Shown in pieces: positions 29,441 to 44,589 of a DNA stretch of 64,000 nucleotides. The stretch comes from the human T2T-CHM13v2.0 reference genome, Homo sapiens: assembly GCF_009914755.1 (NCBI RefSeq), contig NC_060937.1; one strand, 5' to 3'. Positions within the stretch are counted from its first letter, which is position 1, and each line of letters opens with the position of its first letter. The position numbers and the translations under genes are program-made. Below the pieces are notes generated by a model, which worked only from the letters and a program-made list of their open reading frames with translations, was not told the DNA's origin and made no database searches.

Positions 29441-30707
29441 TGGGACATGGTCTATGTTGTAGGCATTGCTTTGCCTGCAGTGTGGATGATGAACAAGTGA
29501 GTGGTAGGCCCCACAGGGGTCAGGAGGACGCGTAGTAGGAAGTGATGGGCGGTGGCTGGGACCAACGTCTGGACCAGGGGTGGCATGGGAAGGAAGGAAG
29601 CAGGTAAGACATTGGAAGAGTTGAGGTGGGAGAGGAGTCAAGGGGGTTCAGTGGGCCTGTGTGGTGGGCATGCAGTGGCAGACATGATGAGGAGCCATGC
29701 TTGGGAGCACAGACAGGGTCTCTGGCTCCTGGGACCCTGTGGCCTTTTCTCTGTGGCCTGTGTGTGGCTGAGACAGCTACTCTGTGCCCAGGTCCTCCTC
29801 GGCTCCCCCTGGGGTGCTGTGGGGATCCCGCCATAGCCACAGGATCAGCCTCCACATCACCTCTTGGCCCAGGTGCTCAGAGACCCAGAGCTTGGTGCTG
29901 CCGGCCAGAAGGGGGACTCATGTTCCCAGGACCCTCACCGGCCCGGCTGTGGGCCGGTCCAAACCCATGGGCATGCTGAGCCACTTTCTGCTCTTCTTGG
30001 AAGTTCCAGTTCAGATACCACCAATTGTGCTCCGTTATGGTGTTCCTGGCTGTTATCTGCTTCAGGCTTATTGTGTTTGCAGTGTGCACAGATCCGGCAG
30101 CGTCCCTACTCCAGAGGTGCATTTGCGTGTAAAGCTCTTAATCATTTAATGAAGCACTGAGGTGCTGGCCATCCCGTGGCTGGCGTGGGCTGCGAGGTGC
30201 AGGTGAAGGTGAGTGACCACAGTGCCTGCGAGATGCACTCGTGCTTTCTAACGGGCTGGCCGGGCCTCCCACTGTTCTATGTGTATGTCTATTTTCCATT
30301 TTGAGAGGCTTTACTTTTTTCTCTCTTTTAAAAATTAAATAGCGTGTTTGTGCACTATTAAAGATGACGTCTCTTGGGAAGGGCTTTTGAGGAGGAGGAA
30401 GAGCAGTGAAGGCCTCGATGATTGCCCATTCGTTTAGTCTGCTATCTGTCCTTGACCCCATCATCCAGCAAGCCCATTGGCTAAGGCTCTGATGGCTGGG
30501 TGGGCGGAAAGTCCAGCTAGGGCTGCTGTCCACCCCTAGTGTGTGGCAGTGTGTTAAATCAAAGCTCCCAACTTTCTGAGTTGATGTCCTATGGATAGAA
30601 ACCTTATCTTCCCTGAGGACTTTGAAGCCAGGCTGCCTGGGTGCAAATCCATCTTCCACCCACTGCTGGTGTGACTCCTCCCACTATATTGCCTGAAATG
30701 AGCATAC

Positions 30708-30920
30708 AAGTGATTCTCCTGCCTCAGCCTCCTGAGTAGCTAGGATTACAGGCACACGCCACCATGCCTGGCTAATGTTTGTATTTTTTTTTTTTTTTTT
30801 TAAGTAGAGACAGGGTTTTACCATATTGGTTAGGCTGGTCTTGAACTCCTGACCTCGTGATCCACCTGCTTCAGCCTCCCAAAGTGCTGGGATTACAGGC
30901 GTGAACCACTGTGCCTAGCC
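30708..30920 (-). mobile_element. AluS (Sg-like) lacking its 3' end and tail
   Basis: Begins abruptly at caagtgattctcctgcc. No poly(T) tail, and an expanded T run in the left arm next to the middle linker. Confidence 0.95.
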
Positions 30921-31463
30921 GGTTTATGGTTTCTTTAGAGGTAAGAGATTAGGAGGGGATCCCAGAGCTTGGTCTTTTGGGGATCCCAGCTGCCTCTGAG
31001 CCAGGGCTGCTGCTGTTAAGGAGGGCACCGATGCTCAGAGCAAGGGCCACTTCCCACAGCTGCATGGCCAGTCAGAGGTCCAGTGAGGTCCAGGGCCCGG
31101 CTCTTCTGATGCTCACCTCTTGAAGGAGCCAGAAACCAGGACACCTCCTTCCAGGCTCGTCCTGACCACTGGCCCACACCTGGTTATGGCAGGCATCCCC
31201 ACCAGGAGACTAGAACTGGCTTCTTATTCTGATTCCAGTTCTGCCATTTGAGCCTCAGTTTCTCCCTCCTTTAAGTGGGGAAGACAGTAGCAGGGCCAGT
31301 TGTGAGCAGATTGGGGCTGGAACAGGTTGGCTGCCTTCATTCTATGCCACCCGAATGGTGGGATTCCTGCTCCAGGGGGTTGGTGAAGCCACGTGGAACA
31401 CTGAGGGGTGTCGCCTGCGACTTGGGCCTGCTTCGGTGACGTTTGGGAATCCATGGAGACGTT

Positions 31464-31545
31464 GCCTCCACCCTTGCAGCCAGCATGCTTCCTGCCCGTC
31501 ACAGCCTCTGCCCTTGCAGCCAGCACGCTTCCTGCCCATCATAGC
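31464..31545. repeat. 40-bp tandem duplication
   Basis: cccttgcagccagca(t/c)gcttcctgccc(g/a)tca(c/t)agc at 31471 and 31511. Confidence 0.93.
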
Positions 31546-31664
31546 GTGCTGCCGGCGGCGTAGTGTCCGTTTATTTAAGGCCCACTCGTGCTGGCCCCCG
31601 TGCAAAGCACAGACTGCCTGTCCGTCTCAGTGCTTGAGACAAGCAACAGTGGAGCAATGGGGGC

Positions 31665-31760
31665 TGATCTCATTTTTACAGTCAGGGAAGCAGGACTCAG
31701 AGAGGGGAAGCAACTTGCCCAAGGTCAGGACAGGGCCTGGTGGATTGAACACAACCCCGC
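31665..31760 (-). mobile_element. MIR fragment
   Basis: catttttacag..actcagagaggggaagcaacttgcccaaggtca. Confidence 0.8.
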
Positions 31761-34700
31761 ACCGTGAGCCTTGAACCATGGCTCCTGGCCAAGAGCCTGT
31801 GTCCGTCCACCTGTTTGACTCCAGCTGGAACACCCAGATTTGACTCTCCTGCCTTTTCTTCAGTCCCTTTTTACAGTTTAGGAGAAGTTTAATTTCACAT
31901 CTTTGGTGAGAAAATATACATATCTCCTCACACATGCGGCTAATCCCCCACCCTTCACTCACTCCAAAGCAAGTTTTCTTGTCCTTTCATCGAAGGTCAC
32001 ATATAAAATAATAAATATACTTCTCTTAAGAGTATGTGAACTCTGTCATCTGAAATATTTGAAAAATGACTTTTGAATTTTTATGGTTTCTATGGCAAAA
32101 AAAATTGCTGAAACAAAAACTCTACTAAATTTTACAGAACTGGAGGTTTGGATCTGCAAATGTGATCTCTCAATACCCATGGGGTCTGTGAAAGTCCCCG
32201 TTCGTGGCACTTCCTTCGGGATGAAGTAGGTGGGATTTCTTCCTGGGTCACTCCTAGGCTTCCAGAAGGCGCCCAAACAGGTGTTCCCAACAGGGGCCCT
32301 AAGCGCCCACTCCATCCACATGGGGCCAGAATCTGCCTCTCTCCTGAGCACCTGTCATGGTGCTTGTAATGCACCATCCCTGGGGGGATTGAAAGGTGAA
32401 TCCCTGCAGTCATTTTCTGGGTTCTGTGGCTCAGATGAGGTGTCCCCTGAGAATGATGGCAGAAGCTTGTCATCACCTCCCTCACTGTCCCCAAACCGCA
32501 ACGCTTCCAGTCTACCCAGAGAAGCCTGGTGCGGACATCAGTCAGTGTTGGATGCCATGGTTTGTCCAGAAGTGGGTGAAGCCCCCCCCCGCCCCAGTAT
32601 CTGTGCTGACTGGAGCAGAGGACGCATGTGCCTGCTAGGGTGCACTGGCCAATCACTTCCCTCCCCCTCACCCCAAATCACAGTGAGGAGTTCAGAGGGG
32701 AGTGTGGGGCGCACATGAATCAATACCGCGTGTACACGGACCAGGTCCTGGCCTGTCTCTGCATCTATAGATCCACATGCGTGTCAGATCCATGTCTACG
32801 TATCTATGCATCTCTGCATGTTCCAGACCCTGTCTCTACATGGGTACGATGTCCCTGGGGTGCTGGAAGCCTCTGGCAGCAGAGTCTGCTCCTCAGATGC
32901 CACCTGGCGTGCCCCACACCCCAGTCATTCTTGCTTTGCTCCCTGGAGACTCCATTCCTCCAGTCACAGGCATTTGGCCCTAGGGGCACGGCTGGCACAG
33001 CATAAGGTGAGGGAGGTGCGTGGTGCGCACAGGTTAGAGGCGTTTACCCTCGGGACCATGCAAGTGCAGCGGCAGAGCCCTCGTGGGCCCCTGAGCACAG
33101 GCACTTCTTTGCGATTTGCTCTCAGGGTGCCTCCATTTCCTCATCCCAGTCTACGTGATTCTCAGGTGAGTCTAGCTCACAGCAAAGAGATCACTGTTCA
33201 CTGTTAAATTTTAAACTGTGGTCATTAAATGCTATTGCACAGGCAGTATCTAAAGACTGATATCTAAAAACATCTGATTTTCAAAAGCCAGAGTTTGAGA
33301 GAGAAAAGATTTGGAAAGAATTCTACGGACGTGGCTTTGCCTGCGGAAGGTCAGAGAATGAGGGTCCAGGACAGAATCACACCCTGACTACAGCTTAGGG
33401 AATCCTTGGTGACTCTCTGGCTGCACCAAAGATCAAAGAGGGCCTGGAAGGAGAAAGGTGACAGGAGGGGATTGGCCCGAGCCCAGGTGTAGTAAGCCCA
33501 TGGAGGCCCTGGGTAAGGGCTCAGGGCTGCAGAGAAGGGTCCGGTCTCCTGGGGTGGGTGCAGCCTCACCGAGAAGCCTACAGTGGCCCAGCCCTGGAGG
33601 GGCAGTGAAGGATGGTGACCAAAGAAGGCCCCAGGGCAGCTGCTGACCTGCCTTGACACACAGGATTCTGGAGCCCCAAGGGGGTTGTGGAAGAGCCGCA
33701 TGGGCCACAGAGAACCAAGGATTCTGAGATGGGCTAAGGGGCATAGGCACGGACCACCGGCCTCAGGCGGGGATGGGGTGAGGGCTGTCAGCAAGGGTGA
33801 GGGGCATCCCGGGGCAAACGCCAGTGGAAGACCCAGGCCAGCTCAGGACTGGCTGTAGACAACTGGAAGGACAACGTGGAAGATTCTGAAGCCTGGATAG
33901 CCTCCTGGGAGAAGGAGATGCGTTCCAGCGACCACCTTGAAGTCTGGAGAGGACCAAGTGACCTTTGATGGGTGAGATGAAGTTTCGTGCTATTTGTGCA
34001 AATGTGGGTCAGTGGAATATGTGACTTTTCAGTTACGGAGAAAGAAAATCAAGGCATCCCACCGATTTCAGGTACTGCGGCTCTGATACTTGTACCTGCT
34101 ACACTTTGCAAGGAGGTTGGCAAACAATCTTCCATCTGCTCCTGTGTGTCTCGCTGTCGGGAATGGGAAGGGAGGCATTCCTAGGGCTGTTGGCTTTGTG
34201 GGTTCCCACTGTCCCACTCCAACATTAGGTCTCGCAGGAGCTGGGATGCAGACCCTGGTCTAAGGCTCATCCAGGAGACCTGTGACGATGCATTTATTTT
34301 CTAGCGATCCTCCCTGCAGAGAATGAGCTCCTGAAAGGTGGCCCATGGCATTCTGGGAAGAGACTGTTGGGTAGGGAAGGTCCAGGGTTGGGGGTGAGTC
34401 TTGGGGTGGGCAGGAAGGAGGCCTGGCTCATCTGGATCAGCATCTGGTCAGGAAGCAGGGCTGGGGACAGGCAGGTGTTTTCCCATGAGCAGTTTGCATG
34501 GAGATGCCTTTCCTGCCCCCAAGAGTGCAGGTGCCGATGTCTGTGTACGTGCTGTGCACGTGGGGGTGCAGACTTGGCACAGCCCTGCACAGTCACTGGA
34601 TGGGCAGCGGCAGACGTGGAACAGGTCAAACTGCCCTTTGTCTGCAGACTGGGCAGACCTGAGGGACGTGGGGAGAATCAGGCAGGACTCACTGCTGCAG

Positions 34701-34889
34701 GGCTTCCAGTCACTTTGGGAACCCAAAGGAGCTTCCAGTGCTGAGCCCACTGCAGGCCGTGTGCGGGCAGGGCAGGGACTGAGAGCAGGGGCTTTCCACC
34801 AGGACTTCTGCCTGCTGCAATGAGACGGGGCCAGGCAGGCATGAAGCGGAGGCCAGGGGGCTGTGCCAACCTGGAAAAAGTACACATGT

Positions 34890-34989
34890 AGAAAGTACAT
34901 GAAGAACGTGATTACCTACAACAGCCCCAGCCAAGCACAGCTGTTCACATTGGGCCCATTTTCTAGGAGTGTGTCTAAGTGGGTGTGAA
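34890..34989 (+). repeat. dispersed duplication B, copy 1 (100 bp; copy 2 at 42353-42452)
   Basis: 99/100 identical by manual comparison (cacAttgg vs cacGttgg). Confidence 0.97.
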
Positions 34990-35075
34990 TGGCTGTGTTC
35001 AGACTGCATACTCTTTGTATTGTCCCATTTGTCAATGAAAAGTAAGTCCTTCACTTTGGACTGGAAGTGAGACTG

Positions 35076-35335
35076 TTGGCTCACGGCAACCTCCACCTCC
35101 CAGGTTCAAGTAATTGATTTTCCTGCCTCGGCCTCCAGAGTAGCTGGGATTAGGGGCACCCACCACCATGCCTGGCTAATTTTTTTTGTACTTTTAGTAG
35201 AGATGGGGTTTCACAATGTCGGCCAAGCTCGTCTTAAACTTCTGACCTCAAGTGATCCATCTGCCTTGGCCTCCCAAAGTACTGGGATTACAGGCGTGAG
35301 CCACCACGCCCGGCCTAGAAGTCCAACTTTTTACC
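35076..35335 (-). mobile_element. AluS lacking 3' end and tail
   Basis: Begins at ttggctcacggcaacc and runs to an intact 5' end gcccggcc. Confidence 0.95.
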
Positions 35336-36426
35336 CTTTTGTCCAGACAAGACCTAGTCTTTTTTAGGGGGAGGTTCTGATTAGTGAGTGTAGATTTGCA
35401 CTTGGTACTGAGGCCTGGTCATGTTTTTAAAGTGTTTCATTGATAAGCTACGGGTGCATGAAAATGTCTTATAATCACACCAGTGTTTGCACCTTAATGT
35501 TGTCGTGGGGTGAAACAAGGCTCTATCCATTCACGCTTGGACCACAAGGTCACCTGTGCTTGTTCCCTGCAACTTTGATGTGGGGCTGGTAGGAGACCTC
35601 CTGCTATGGGACAGGGGCCAATTCGGGGAGTGTCGAGGTCCCCCTCCGCCAGAGGGAAGCTGCAGCCCCAGTGAGGGGTCAGGAAACCCCGAGTGCTCGG
35701 GAACAAGGCTCCAGGGAGTCACTGTCCCAAGCTGGGGAGTTTTCTAAAGGTGTTCGTTGTTGTGGATGGAAGCGACGTTGCTGCCGGACTGGGACGCAGG
35801 TGCCAGGGGATACAAGCGAGTTCCGGCTTCACCCACTTTCTTGGTGCCTGTTAGGGAGGCGGGAGCTGTGAGTGTCCTGGAACCCTGCATTTCTTCTCTT
35901 GGCTTCCTTTTTATTCTAGAGCTCATGGTCTCTGATGGAGGCTGATTAAATCCCTGGATCTGGTATTTCTAAAGAGTGAGGTTTCTTGTCTTGCCACCAG
36001 ATGTCAGTAAAATCCCTCTTAAAATAAATGTGCTGCTGGGCAGGTGGATCCAGAGAAGGGAGTCCTGTCTAGGATTTGAGGCTTGGCTGAGGTGCCGGAG
36101 AAGGCTGTGGTCCTGTGTGCTGATATGGGCAGCTCTGGTCCCCAGGCTCCTTGGGGAGGCCTGACTCTGAAAGCTCCCCCAACTTGCCTGCCTTGCAATC
36201 CCAACTCTGCTGGCACCCTCGCTTGTGCAGGAGGCCACTGCAGTGCAGGCGTGGGACGCGGAGCTGCTGCTGAGGGACCGGGGAGGGGCCCCACGCTGGG
36301 GTCTCAGCACTCAGGTTCCTCTGCTTCCGGCAACACCTCGGGCTCCATCTGTGCAGGATTTGTTGCAGGAACAGGGGAGGCTTTACAGGGCTTTGTTCAG
36401 CGTGGTTCTGCCTGAGGGCGATGACA

Positions 36427-36733
<307 letters not shown>

Positions 36734-37387
36734 AACATTTGTTAATATAACTGCAGAGCCACATCGCGTCCACACCAGGGATGCTGTCGGGGTGACTCTC
36801 CATAGGCTGGAGAGGACCCCAGGAGACAGGGGAGGGATGGTGCTGACGGAGGTAGCAGAGGGCCCCGGGTGCAATCCCTATAATTCCCATGCTTTGCCAC
36901 TTTACCTTAGAAATAGGGACCATCTCTGGATTGTATTTATTGCTCATGAAACAGTTTCACGCCTCTTTTCCACTTGTTCCAGCAGAAGCGTGTGGGTGGC
37001 ACTGATTCCATTAACGTGTTGTCATCTTATTTACTGGGTTGATACTGATTCCAGAAGCTCTGGGCTGAGAGTGGCCCAGGGTGGGCCTAGCTGTCCTGCT
37101 GGGGGCTGGGAGGGCGGCGAGGTGACTGGATGTGCAGGCTTTAGGTAGAGCTGCACTTAAGTCCCAGCCACACTCGTGATTCCTGGATCACCCTGGGAAG
37201 TGTCCTGATCGTCCATCTTGCTCCTGTATCTCTAGAATGGCAGCAGTAATGCCTCTGCCATCAATATTTTGAAGTTTAAACAGATACTATCTGAGCTGTA
37301 AGAGCAAGAAGTCATGGTGAGCTCTGCAGAAGAGTGAGGAGGGACAGGAGCTAAGAAAGGGCCGAGCCAGCCCTGTAGGCCTCCCAC

Positions 37388-37516
37388 GGGCTTGGAGGGC
37401 CCTTGTCTTAGTGGACAGATGAATTGCTTGGGTGATGATGAGCTGGCTGGGGGTTTGGTGGGCCCCCGTCTTAGTGGACAGATGAATCTGCTTGTGTGAA
37501 CATGAACTGACTGGGG
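37388..37516. repeat. ~63-bp diverged tandem duplication
   Basis: gggccc..gtcttagtggacagatgaat..tgcttg at 37397 and 37460. Confidence 0.9.
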
Positions 37517-38211
37517 TATCTTTACATGAATAAAGAGCAGATTCGCCAGGAAGTGGAGAGCCTTGAACCAAGGCTTCACGGAATGTGGACACAGAGAGAA
37601 GGTGGGACTGCCAAGGCCTTTCCTGAGGCCCCCGCACCTGGCCCAGTGGCTATCAGGTGGCATTCACCTTTGCAGAGCGTGAGAAGGCACGGATGCTGCT
37701 GGCAGGCCTGGGCATGGTGGCCCAGCAGCCAGGGCTATGGACAGGAATTCCAGGAGCATGGCCGCTTCCTGGTGCCAGGGGCCTGCTCACCTAGGAGGCC
37801 TCTCCCAGGCATCAGATTAGCTTCACAAAGAAGGGAGGCTTAGTGACACCCTGACTCATCTCCCTGAAATAAGAAAACTAGCTGCCTAATTCGAAGGCCA
37901 AGTCAAACCCTGAAATAGTCCTGGAACTGGAGGGTTATTTTAGGGATAATATAACCACACCAAAAAAATTCCAATGCTCGTTCCTCCTGCCTCTTGCTTT
38001 ACTATTTCAGATTTTCAGAGTGTTTTTTGTTTTTTTGTTATTTTGGGGGAAAGAAAATCGTTGTACCTCTGCTATTTTTTCCTAAAGTTACATTAAAACC
38101 CAGATGGATGCTTTCTTTTCTTCCGTTCGGTGGTGGTGGTGGGGCATTCCTCTAAGATAAGAAGCAATCTTCCCTTCCGGGGTTGTTGAGTCTGGGACTC
38201 CTGCTCCTGGG

Positions 38212-38584
38212 TCATGTGGTTTGGCTCCGTGTCCCCTCCCAAATCTCAGAGCTGTGATTCCGGTGTTGGGGGCAGGACCTGGTGGGAGGTGATGGGATCC
38301 TGGGGCCAGATTTCACCCTTGCTGTTCTGGTGATAGTGAGTGAGTTCTCAGGAGATCTGGTTGTTTAAAAGTGTACCGCACCTCCCCCTTCACTCTATTC
38401 CTCTTGCTCCGGCCACGTAGGACCTGCCAGCTTCCCCTTCGCCTCCCGCCATGATTGAAAGTTTCTTGAGGCCTCCCCAACCATGCCTCCTGTACGCCCT
38501 GTGGAACCAAGAGCCAACTGAACCTCTTTTCAGTGACCCAGTCTCAGGTGTTTCTTTACAGCAGTGTGAGCATGGACTCATACA
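38212..38584 (+). mobile_element. MSTA-like solo LTR
   Basis: Same layout as 14004-14377 (gttctcaggagatctggttgttt, cttccccttcgcct, cagtctcag..ggact(c/a)ataca). Confidence 0.9.
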
Positions 38585-38826
38585 TAGGATCTTTTTTTCC
38601 AGCCCTGACTGTGAGAGACTTGCTGGGGTCTGGGCTTGAGGTTCACAGGTTTCTCCTGGGGTGGCTGGGGTGGGGTGACAGCCAGGCTCTGGGCTCAAGC
38701 ACCTGACACACCTGGCCAATGGGACCACATTCCCTAGAAAGGGGCCATGGGAGAAGCTGGACATCCACCTGCCAGGGTGAGCCAAAGGGCAGGAAGACTG
38801 ACTGACATTTCAGAGCACGATTCACC

Positions 38827-38944
38827 AGGAAGCTGATGTGCTAGCTGTCTTCATCTTTGAAGAGTTCAGGAAGTGTTGGAAAAACCAGCTGCTTCTAGAA
38901 ATTTCTCTCGTATTCTATTTCCTGACATAGAGATTGCCCATTTT
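38827..38944 (+). repeat. dispersed duplication C, copy 1 (~120 bp; copy 2 at 41134-41253)
   Basis: First 72 nt align ungapped with 19 mismatches, mostly transitions. Both copies end tcctgacNNagagattgcccatttt. Confidence 0.85.
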
Positions 38945-39484
38945 TGGTTCCATGGGAGTGTGTATGTCTCTTAGGCCTCAGGCTGGGTTGCAATTCCCAA
39001 CTAACTGAGACCACTTCCATTTCAGAGAGGGAGGCTCTGTGTGCACCATTCGAATTGTCTTGCAGAAGGATTTATTTTAGATTCTGATTAAAAAAACAAA
39101 ACCTGAAACAAAACAAAACCTCACTTGCCTGTCATTTTCTGGAAAGTTATCTTCTCCATTCTTAATTTATTTCCTTACGACAAATGTTATTTATTTTCAT
39201 TATTAAAAATTTAGACTACACATATGAGGTAAAACACAAAAATAAAAATTCATTTTTCCTGGTGATAACTGCTTTTGTGGGCCATCTTTTAAGACTTTTT
39301 TCTATGTGCGTATTTTTTTTTACAGTAGTGATATACTTGTCAGTATTTTTTAAATGCAGGGATAATGGTGTACAATGAGAAAAATTTAGCAAATTCTACA
39401 TACAGGTTTTTTTGTTTTTTATAAAAAGTAAATGGAAATAGACTAAAATCACATAGAACTAAGTGGCCGTTCTTCAAATGATTC

Positions 39485-40380
<896 letters not shown>

Positions 40381-41133
40381 TGGAGGAGAAATGTGAGGAA
40401 CCCTAGACTTGGGAATGTGAAAGGATTTTAGCAACTGTGTAGCTGGGAACCTCTGTATTTGACCATGTGATGTATTAGAGAGCCCCAAACCCCTTACTAA
40501 ACAAGGAGAAATATTGCACAAAATGCAGCAGACATTTTAAATGGGTAGTTCAATTCGCAAGAAAGTAGGAAAAATCTCCAAGGGCTCTGAGACGAAGAAG
40601 AAAATGAAAATCGGAGTGGTCTATAAATAAGTGGTATTTTGGCAGCCAGGGTGGGGCAGGCGGCATTGTGGGTCTCATGGTCTCAGTCACCCAGAGACCT
40701 GTGTTTTGGTCCTCCCCAAATAAACAAGTGGAATATTGAAAGCAATGTCACTTCCCCCCCACCATAAAGCCAGGGTCCTTGCTAAAAGTTCCATTCTTGG
40801 TAAAAGCACATTCTAGAAATCATCTCTGCACTGGTGCTTGGTGGCCAGGAGGCTGGACCGCAGGAGAGGATGGTGGCGTTTGGATTCCAGCCCCAGCTCC
40901 GCTCCTGCCCTGGCTGGACCGTGCTGCCAGCACAGCCTGCGGACCCCCAGAAGAGAAGTCACCCAGGCCGTCCCAGGACGGGGCATCCCCCTCTGAGGCC
41001 CTGCAGACGCAGGCCCTAGACATGCCTGGAGGCCGCACCTCACAGGTTTCCCGCAGATCGAATCCTGCTGAAGAGGAGCTCATCCTCCCCAGATGTGAAG
41101 CCCAAGAGGAACCAACTCACCCAGAATTTGCTG

Positions 41134-41253
41134 AGGAAGCTGGCGTGCCGGTTCTCTTCATTTCTGAGAAATTCCAGAAGTGCTGGGTAAACCAGTGGCT
41201 TCTAAAATGTTCTGCCAAGTCTTCCATGTCCTGACGCAGAGATTGCCCATTTT
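41134..41253 (+). repeat. dispersed duplication C, copy 2
   Basis: See 38827-38944. Confidence 0.85.
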
Positions 41254-41299
41254 CAGCGCTGAGGGGAACTCTTGTCAGGTGCGTCAAATAGGAGGAGGA

Positions 41300-41570
41300 T
41301 GCAGGATCGTCACGTAACAGAGCCCAGAGAGAGGCAACAAGACCCAAATCTTCCCAAGAGGAAACTGAAACAGAGGTCCATGAAAACCACTGGGAAGAAG
41401 GTACGGGAAGCTTTGAAGAAGAACCAGGCAGAGCTTCCAGCAACTAGAAACACGACTTCAATCAAAACATAAGTGACGGGGTTAGAGGGGAATTGTGTCT
41501 AGCTGAAGGGAGAATCTGCTGGCATTTGAAGAAATTGCTCATGGTGCGGAGAAGCCTGGTGGAGACGGGA
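41300..41570 (+). mobile_element. highly decayed L1M ORF1-region fragment
   Basis: aagaaccaggcagagcttccagcaactagaaa..gacggggtta..agctgaagggagaat resembles the L1M ORF1 coiled-coil coding region. Confidence 0.5.
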
Positions 41571-42352
41571 ACTAGGAAGGGTGGCTACAGACCTGCAGGC
41601 CAGGGCGCCGTGTCCCCATGTCCCCATGTGTGTCCCTTACCCTGCACACGCGGTAGCACATGAGGCTCAGGGAGATGCTAGGGGTACCCTGGGTGGGCAG
41701 GGTGAGCCACACGTGCCCAGTTTGGAGCTTCTGAGGTCCGGTGCTCCCATCAGGAGACCAGACCCCTGTCTGTGAAACAGCAGCGAAACCTCATCGCAGG
41801 GGCTGACATCTGAGAAGCCTCCTAGGAGGCCCCCCAACTCCTTTCGAAGGGCAGGAGCACCTCTGCTCTTCTCCTTCCAAACCAACAGGCTAGTGTGGGC
41901 AGAGCCTGCACCATGAGAAAAGGAGGGGACTGACTTGTGTTTGGTAAAGAGATTACTCAGATGCATCACTTTTAGAGGATTTGCACAAAATGATGTAATA
42001 ACATGTCAGCAGGGGCAGTTGGTGCTTGTCGTCAGAAGTGAAGACGATGACGGTGGTGGCCATTCCGGGCGGTGTCCATCCTGCTGCCCTGTCCGGCAGC
42101 ACAGCATCCTTCTCCCATCCTGTGGGCACCTTTCTGGTATTTTGCCCCCTCCTTCTTCTGGCTCCCCATTCCTTCCTCGGCCTTTTGCAGCCTGGTTTAT
42201 GAGACTCAACCAGGAGGAGAAAGCATTCTCTGAAAGTACCTTTGGATTAGAATGGGACCGCCAGGGAGAGAAGCCCAGACGGCAGGAAGTGGATGTAGGA
42301 AAGTCTTCTGGGGGGGCTCTCCTGGGATGAGGTTCACAGGGACTGTGAGTGA

Positions 42353-42452
42353 AGAAAGTACATGAAGAACGTGATTACCTACAACAGCCCCAGCCAAGCA
42401 CAGCTGTTCACGTTGGGCCCATTTTCTAGGAGTGTGTCTAAGTGGGTGTGAA
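42353..42452 (+). repeat. dispersed duplication B, copy 2
   Basis: See 34890-34989. Confidence 0.97.
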
Positions 42453-43217
42453 AGGAGCTGGCTTCACTCACAGACGGCCCCCGTTGCCCAGCTGCCGGGG
42501 AACATGCGCATGTGGTGAGGGTGGGCGCTGGCCAGCTAGGTGGGGATGAGTGATAGAGTCTGTAAACACGGTCGCAGGAGAGGGCCGGCTTGGCTCATTG
42601 TAAGGCAGATCTGGAGGCCCTTCCCAGCTGAGCAAACACCCACTGGGGACATTGCTGGTGCTGAAACCCCAGGAGGAACCAGAGTAAACATGATGGCCAG
42701 TTATTAAAATATGAAGTCACATCATCATTTAGGATTACGCTTCAGCATCCCCGAGTGGTGTCTGGAAATAGAGATGGTGACTGTTGGTAGCAACGTTCTC
42801 AGGTTGCTTTTGAAGCTGTGTCTGCACGGAGTTTCAGGTGCAGGCTTGGAAACAAATTAGAATCTGTCTCGGTGGGAGTGAGTAGCTATGGGTTCTATTT
42901 TATGAACACTTTCCAGGGCAGCCATTTTATACCAGCCCAAAGCAATTACAGCTGAAGAGAGAAACTTTCCAAAGGACCTCTCCCAGGATGTCAGTTACCT
43001 CATGTCATAATTAAATCTTTGCATATTTCAAACCTTGACTTTCTGTGCCCAGATCAGCACGACTTGAGTGCTTCCATGAGAAACTATTTTGCATTTTTCC
43101 TTTTGTTTAGCTGTGTGGAAATTTGAGTTCTGTAAAATGCTTATTATAAACTGGGACTTCATTTCTAAAAACTTGAAATACGCTTTCTAAAATCTCCTGC
43201 AGTTAGGCAGTTAGTAA

Positions 43218-43518
43218 TTTTTTTTTTTTTTTTCTGAGAAGAGTTTCGCTCTTGTTGCCCAGGCTGGAGTGCAGTGGTGCGATCTTGGCTGACTGCAACC
43301 TTTTGCCTCCCGGGTTCAAGCAGTTCTCCTGCCTCAGCCTCCCAAGTAGCTGACATTACAGGTGCCTGCCACCATGCCCGGCTAATTTTTATATTTTTAG
43401 TAAAGATGGGGTTTCACCATGTTGGCCGGGCTGGTCTTGAACTCCTGACCTCAAGTGATCCACCCGCCTCAGCCTCCCAAAGTGCTGGGATTGCAGATGT
43501 GAGCCACCGTGCCTGGCC
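43218..43518 (-). mobile_element. AluS
   Basis: Full Alu with degenerate TSD gttagt(a/c)att. Confidence 0.96.
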
Positions 43519-44589
43519 ACGTTAGTCATTCTTTTTGTGTCAATCAAATGTTACAGAAAATGTACAAGATTTTAAACAATCAGAAATCTGTAATGCTTTG
43601 TGTTTCCTGTGGCACTGGGGCTGGCAGCACATCACTGGCTCTTAGGTTGCAACAGTGACTCCTACCTCGGCCAGGGCGGGGTGGTGACGCTGGTGCTGGA
43701 GGCCAGCTCTCAGCTTGGGTTCCCCAGAACCGTGCCCATGAGGAGCCACATCCAAATGTCATGACTTGCCACAGACTCACCTTCCTGTTACCCATGGCAG
43801 GGTGTTGTAGGAGAATTAAATAAGATACTCCAAGAGCTGTGCCTACTAAGATCCCCCTGAAATTGGGCAATAAATCTTAGCAATTAATTAGTAATGGATT
43901 GGCACTAGGAAATCATAAGATTTAGGATCTAGACTCAGACCCTTGGGTTATTACTGCCTGATATGTAACAGGGGAGTGAGGAGGTCATTTCAGATGGGTA
44001 GCACCTGAACCCTTATGTCCTTGTTAGGGAAAAGATGGTAACCATTCAATGCACATTGAAGGCCAGAAGTGGAGAGTAGACTTCCTAAACAAAGGCGAGC
44101 ATGATGACGTAGAGGTTGCTATCATCCAGCATGGCCTTCATCCACCATGCTGCTCCCTGGCACATTGGCCTTTCCCTATGGAGACACCATCCTGGAACCC
44201 TGGGCCAGGCTGCACAAGTTCGCACCCATCACAGACCTTCTCTAAGCCTGTAAGAGGGGAGGGACACATGCCCCCACCATCATGAGAGTTGGGTCGGGGG
44301 CTGTGTGCGGACCTTGGGGCAAGGAGCTGGCTGAGCAGGTGTGAGTCTGCAGCTCCCGGGGCCAGGCTCAGCCGCTATGCACCTCGCTCGGTGCAGGGGG
44401 GTGTGACTCAGCAGGAGTGCGTTGCTTTGGGACTTTATTTTCAGGAGAAGCTTCCAGGGGGGAAGCCCAGAGTAGTGGGTGAAGGAGCTGAAGAAAGGTG
44501 GGTTTTGGTGACTGCTACGGAGAGGATGAAAGGGGGCTGGAGACACCCACAGGTCTGTTACTCAGGGAGCATTAGGAGGTGGATTGTGT

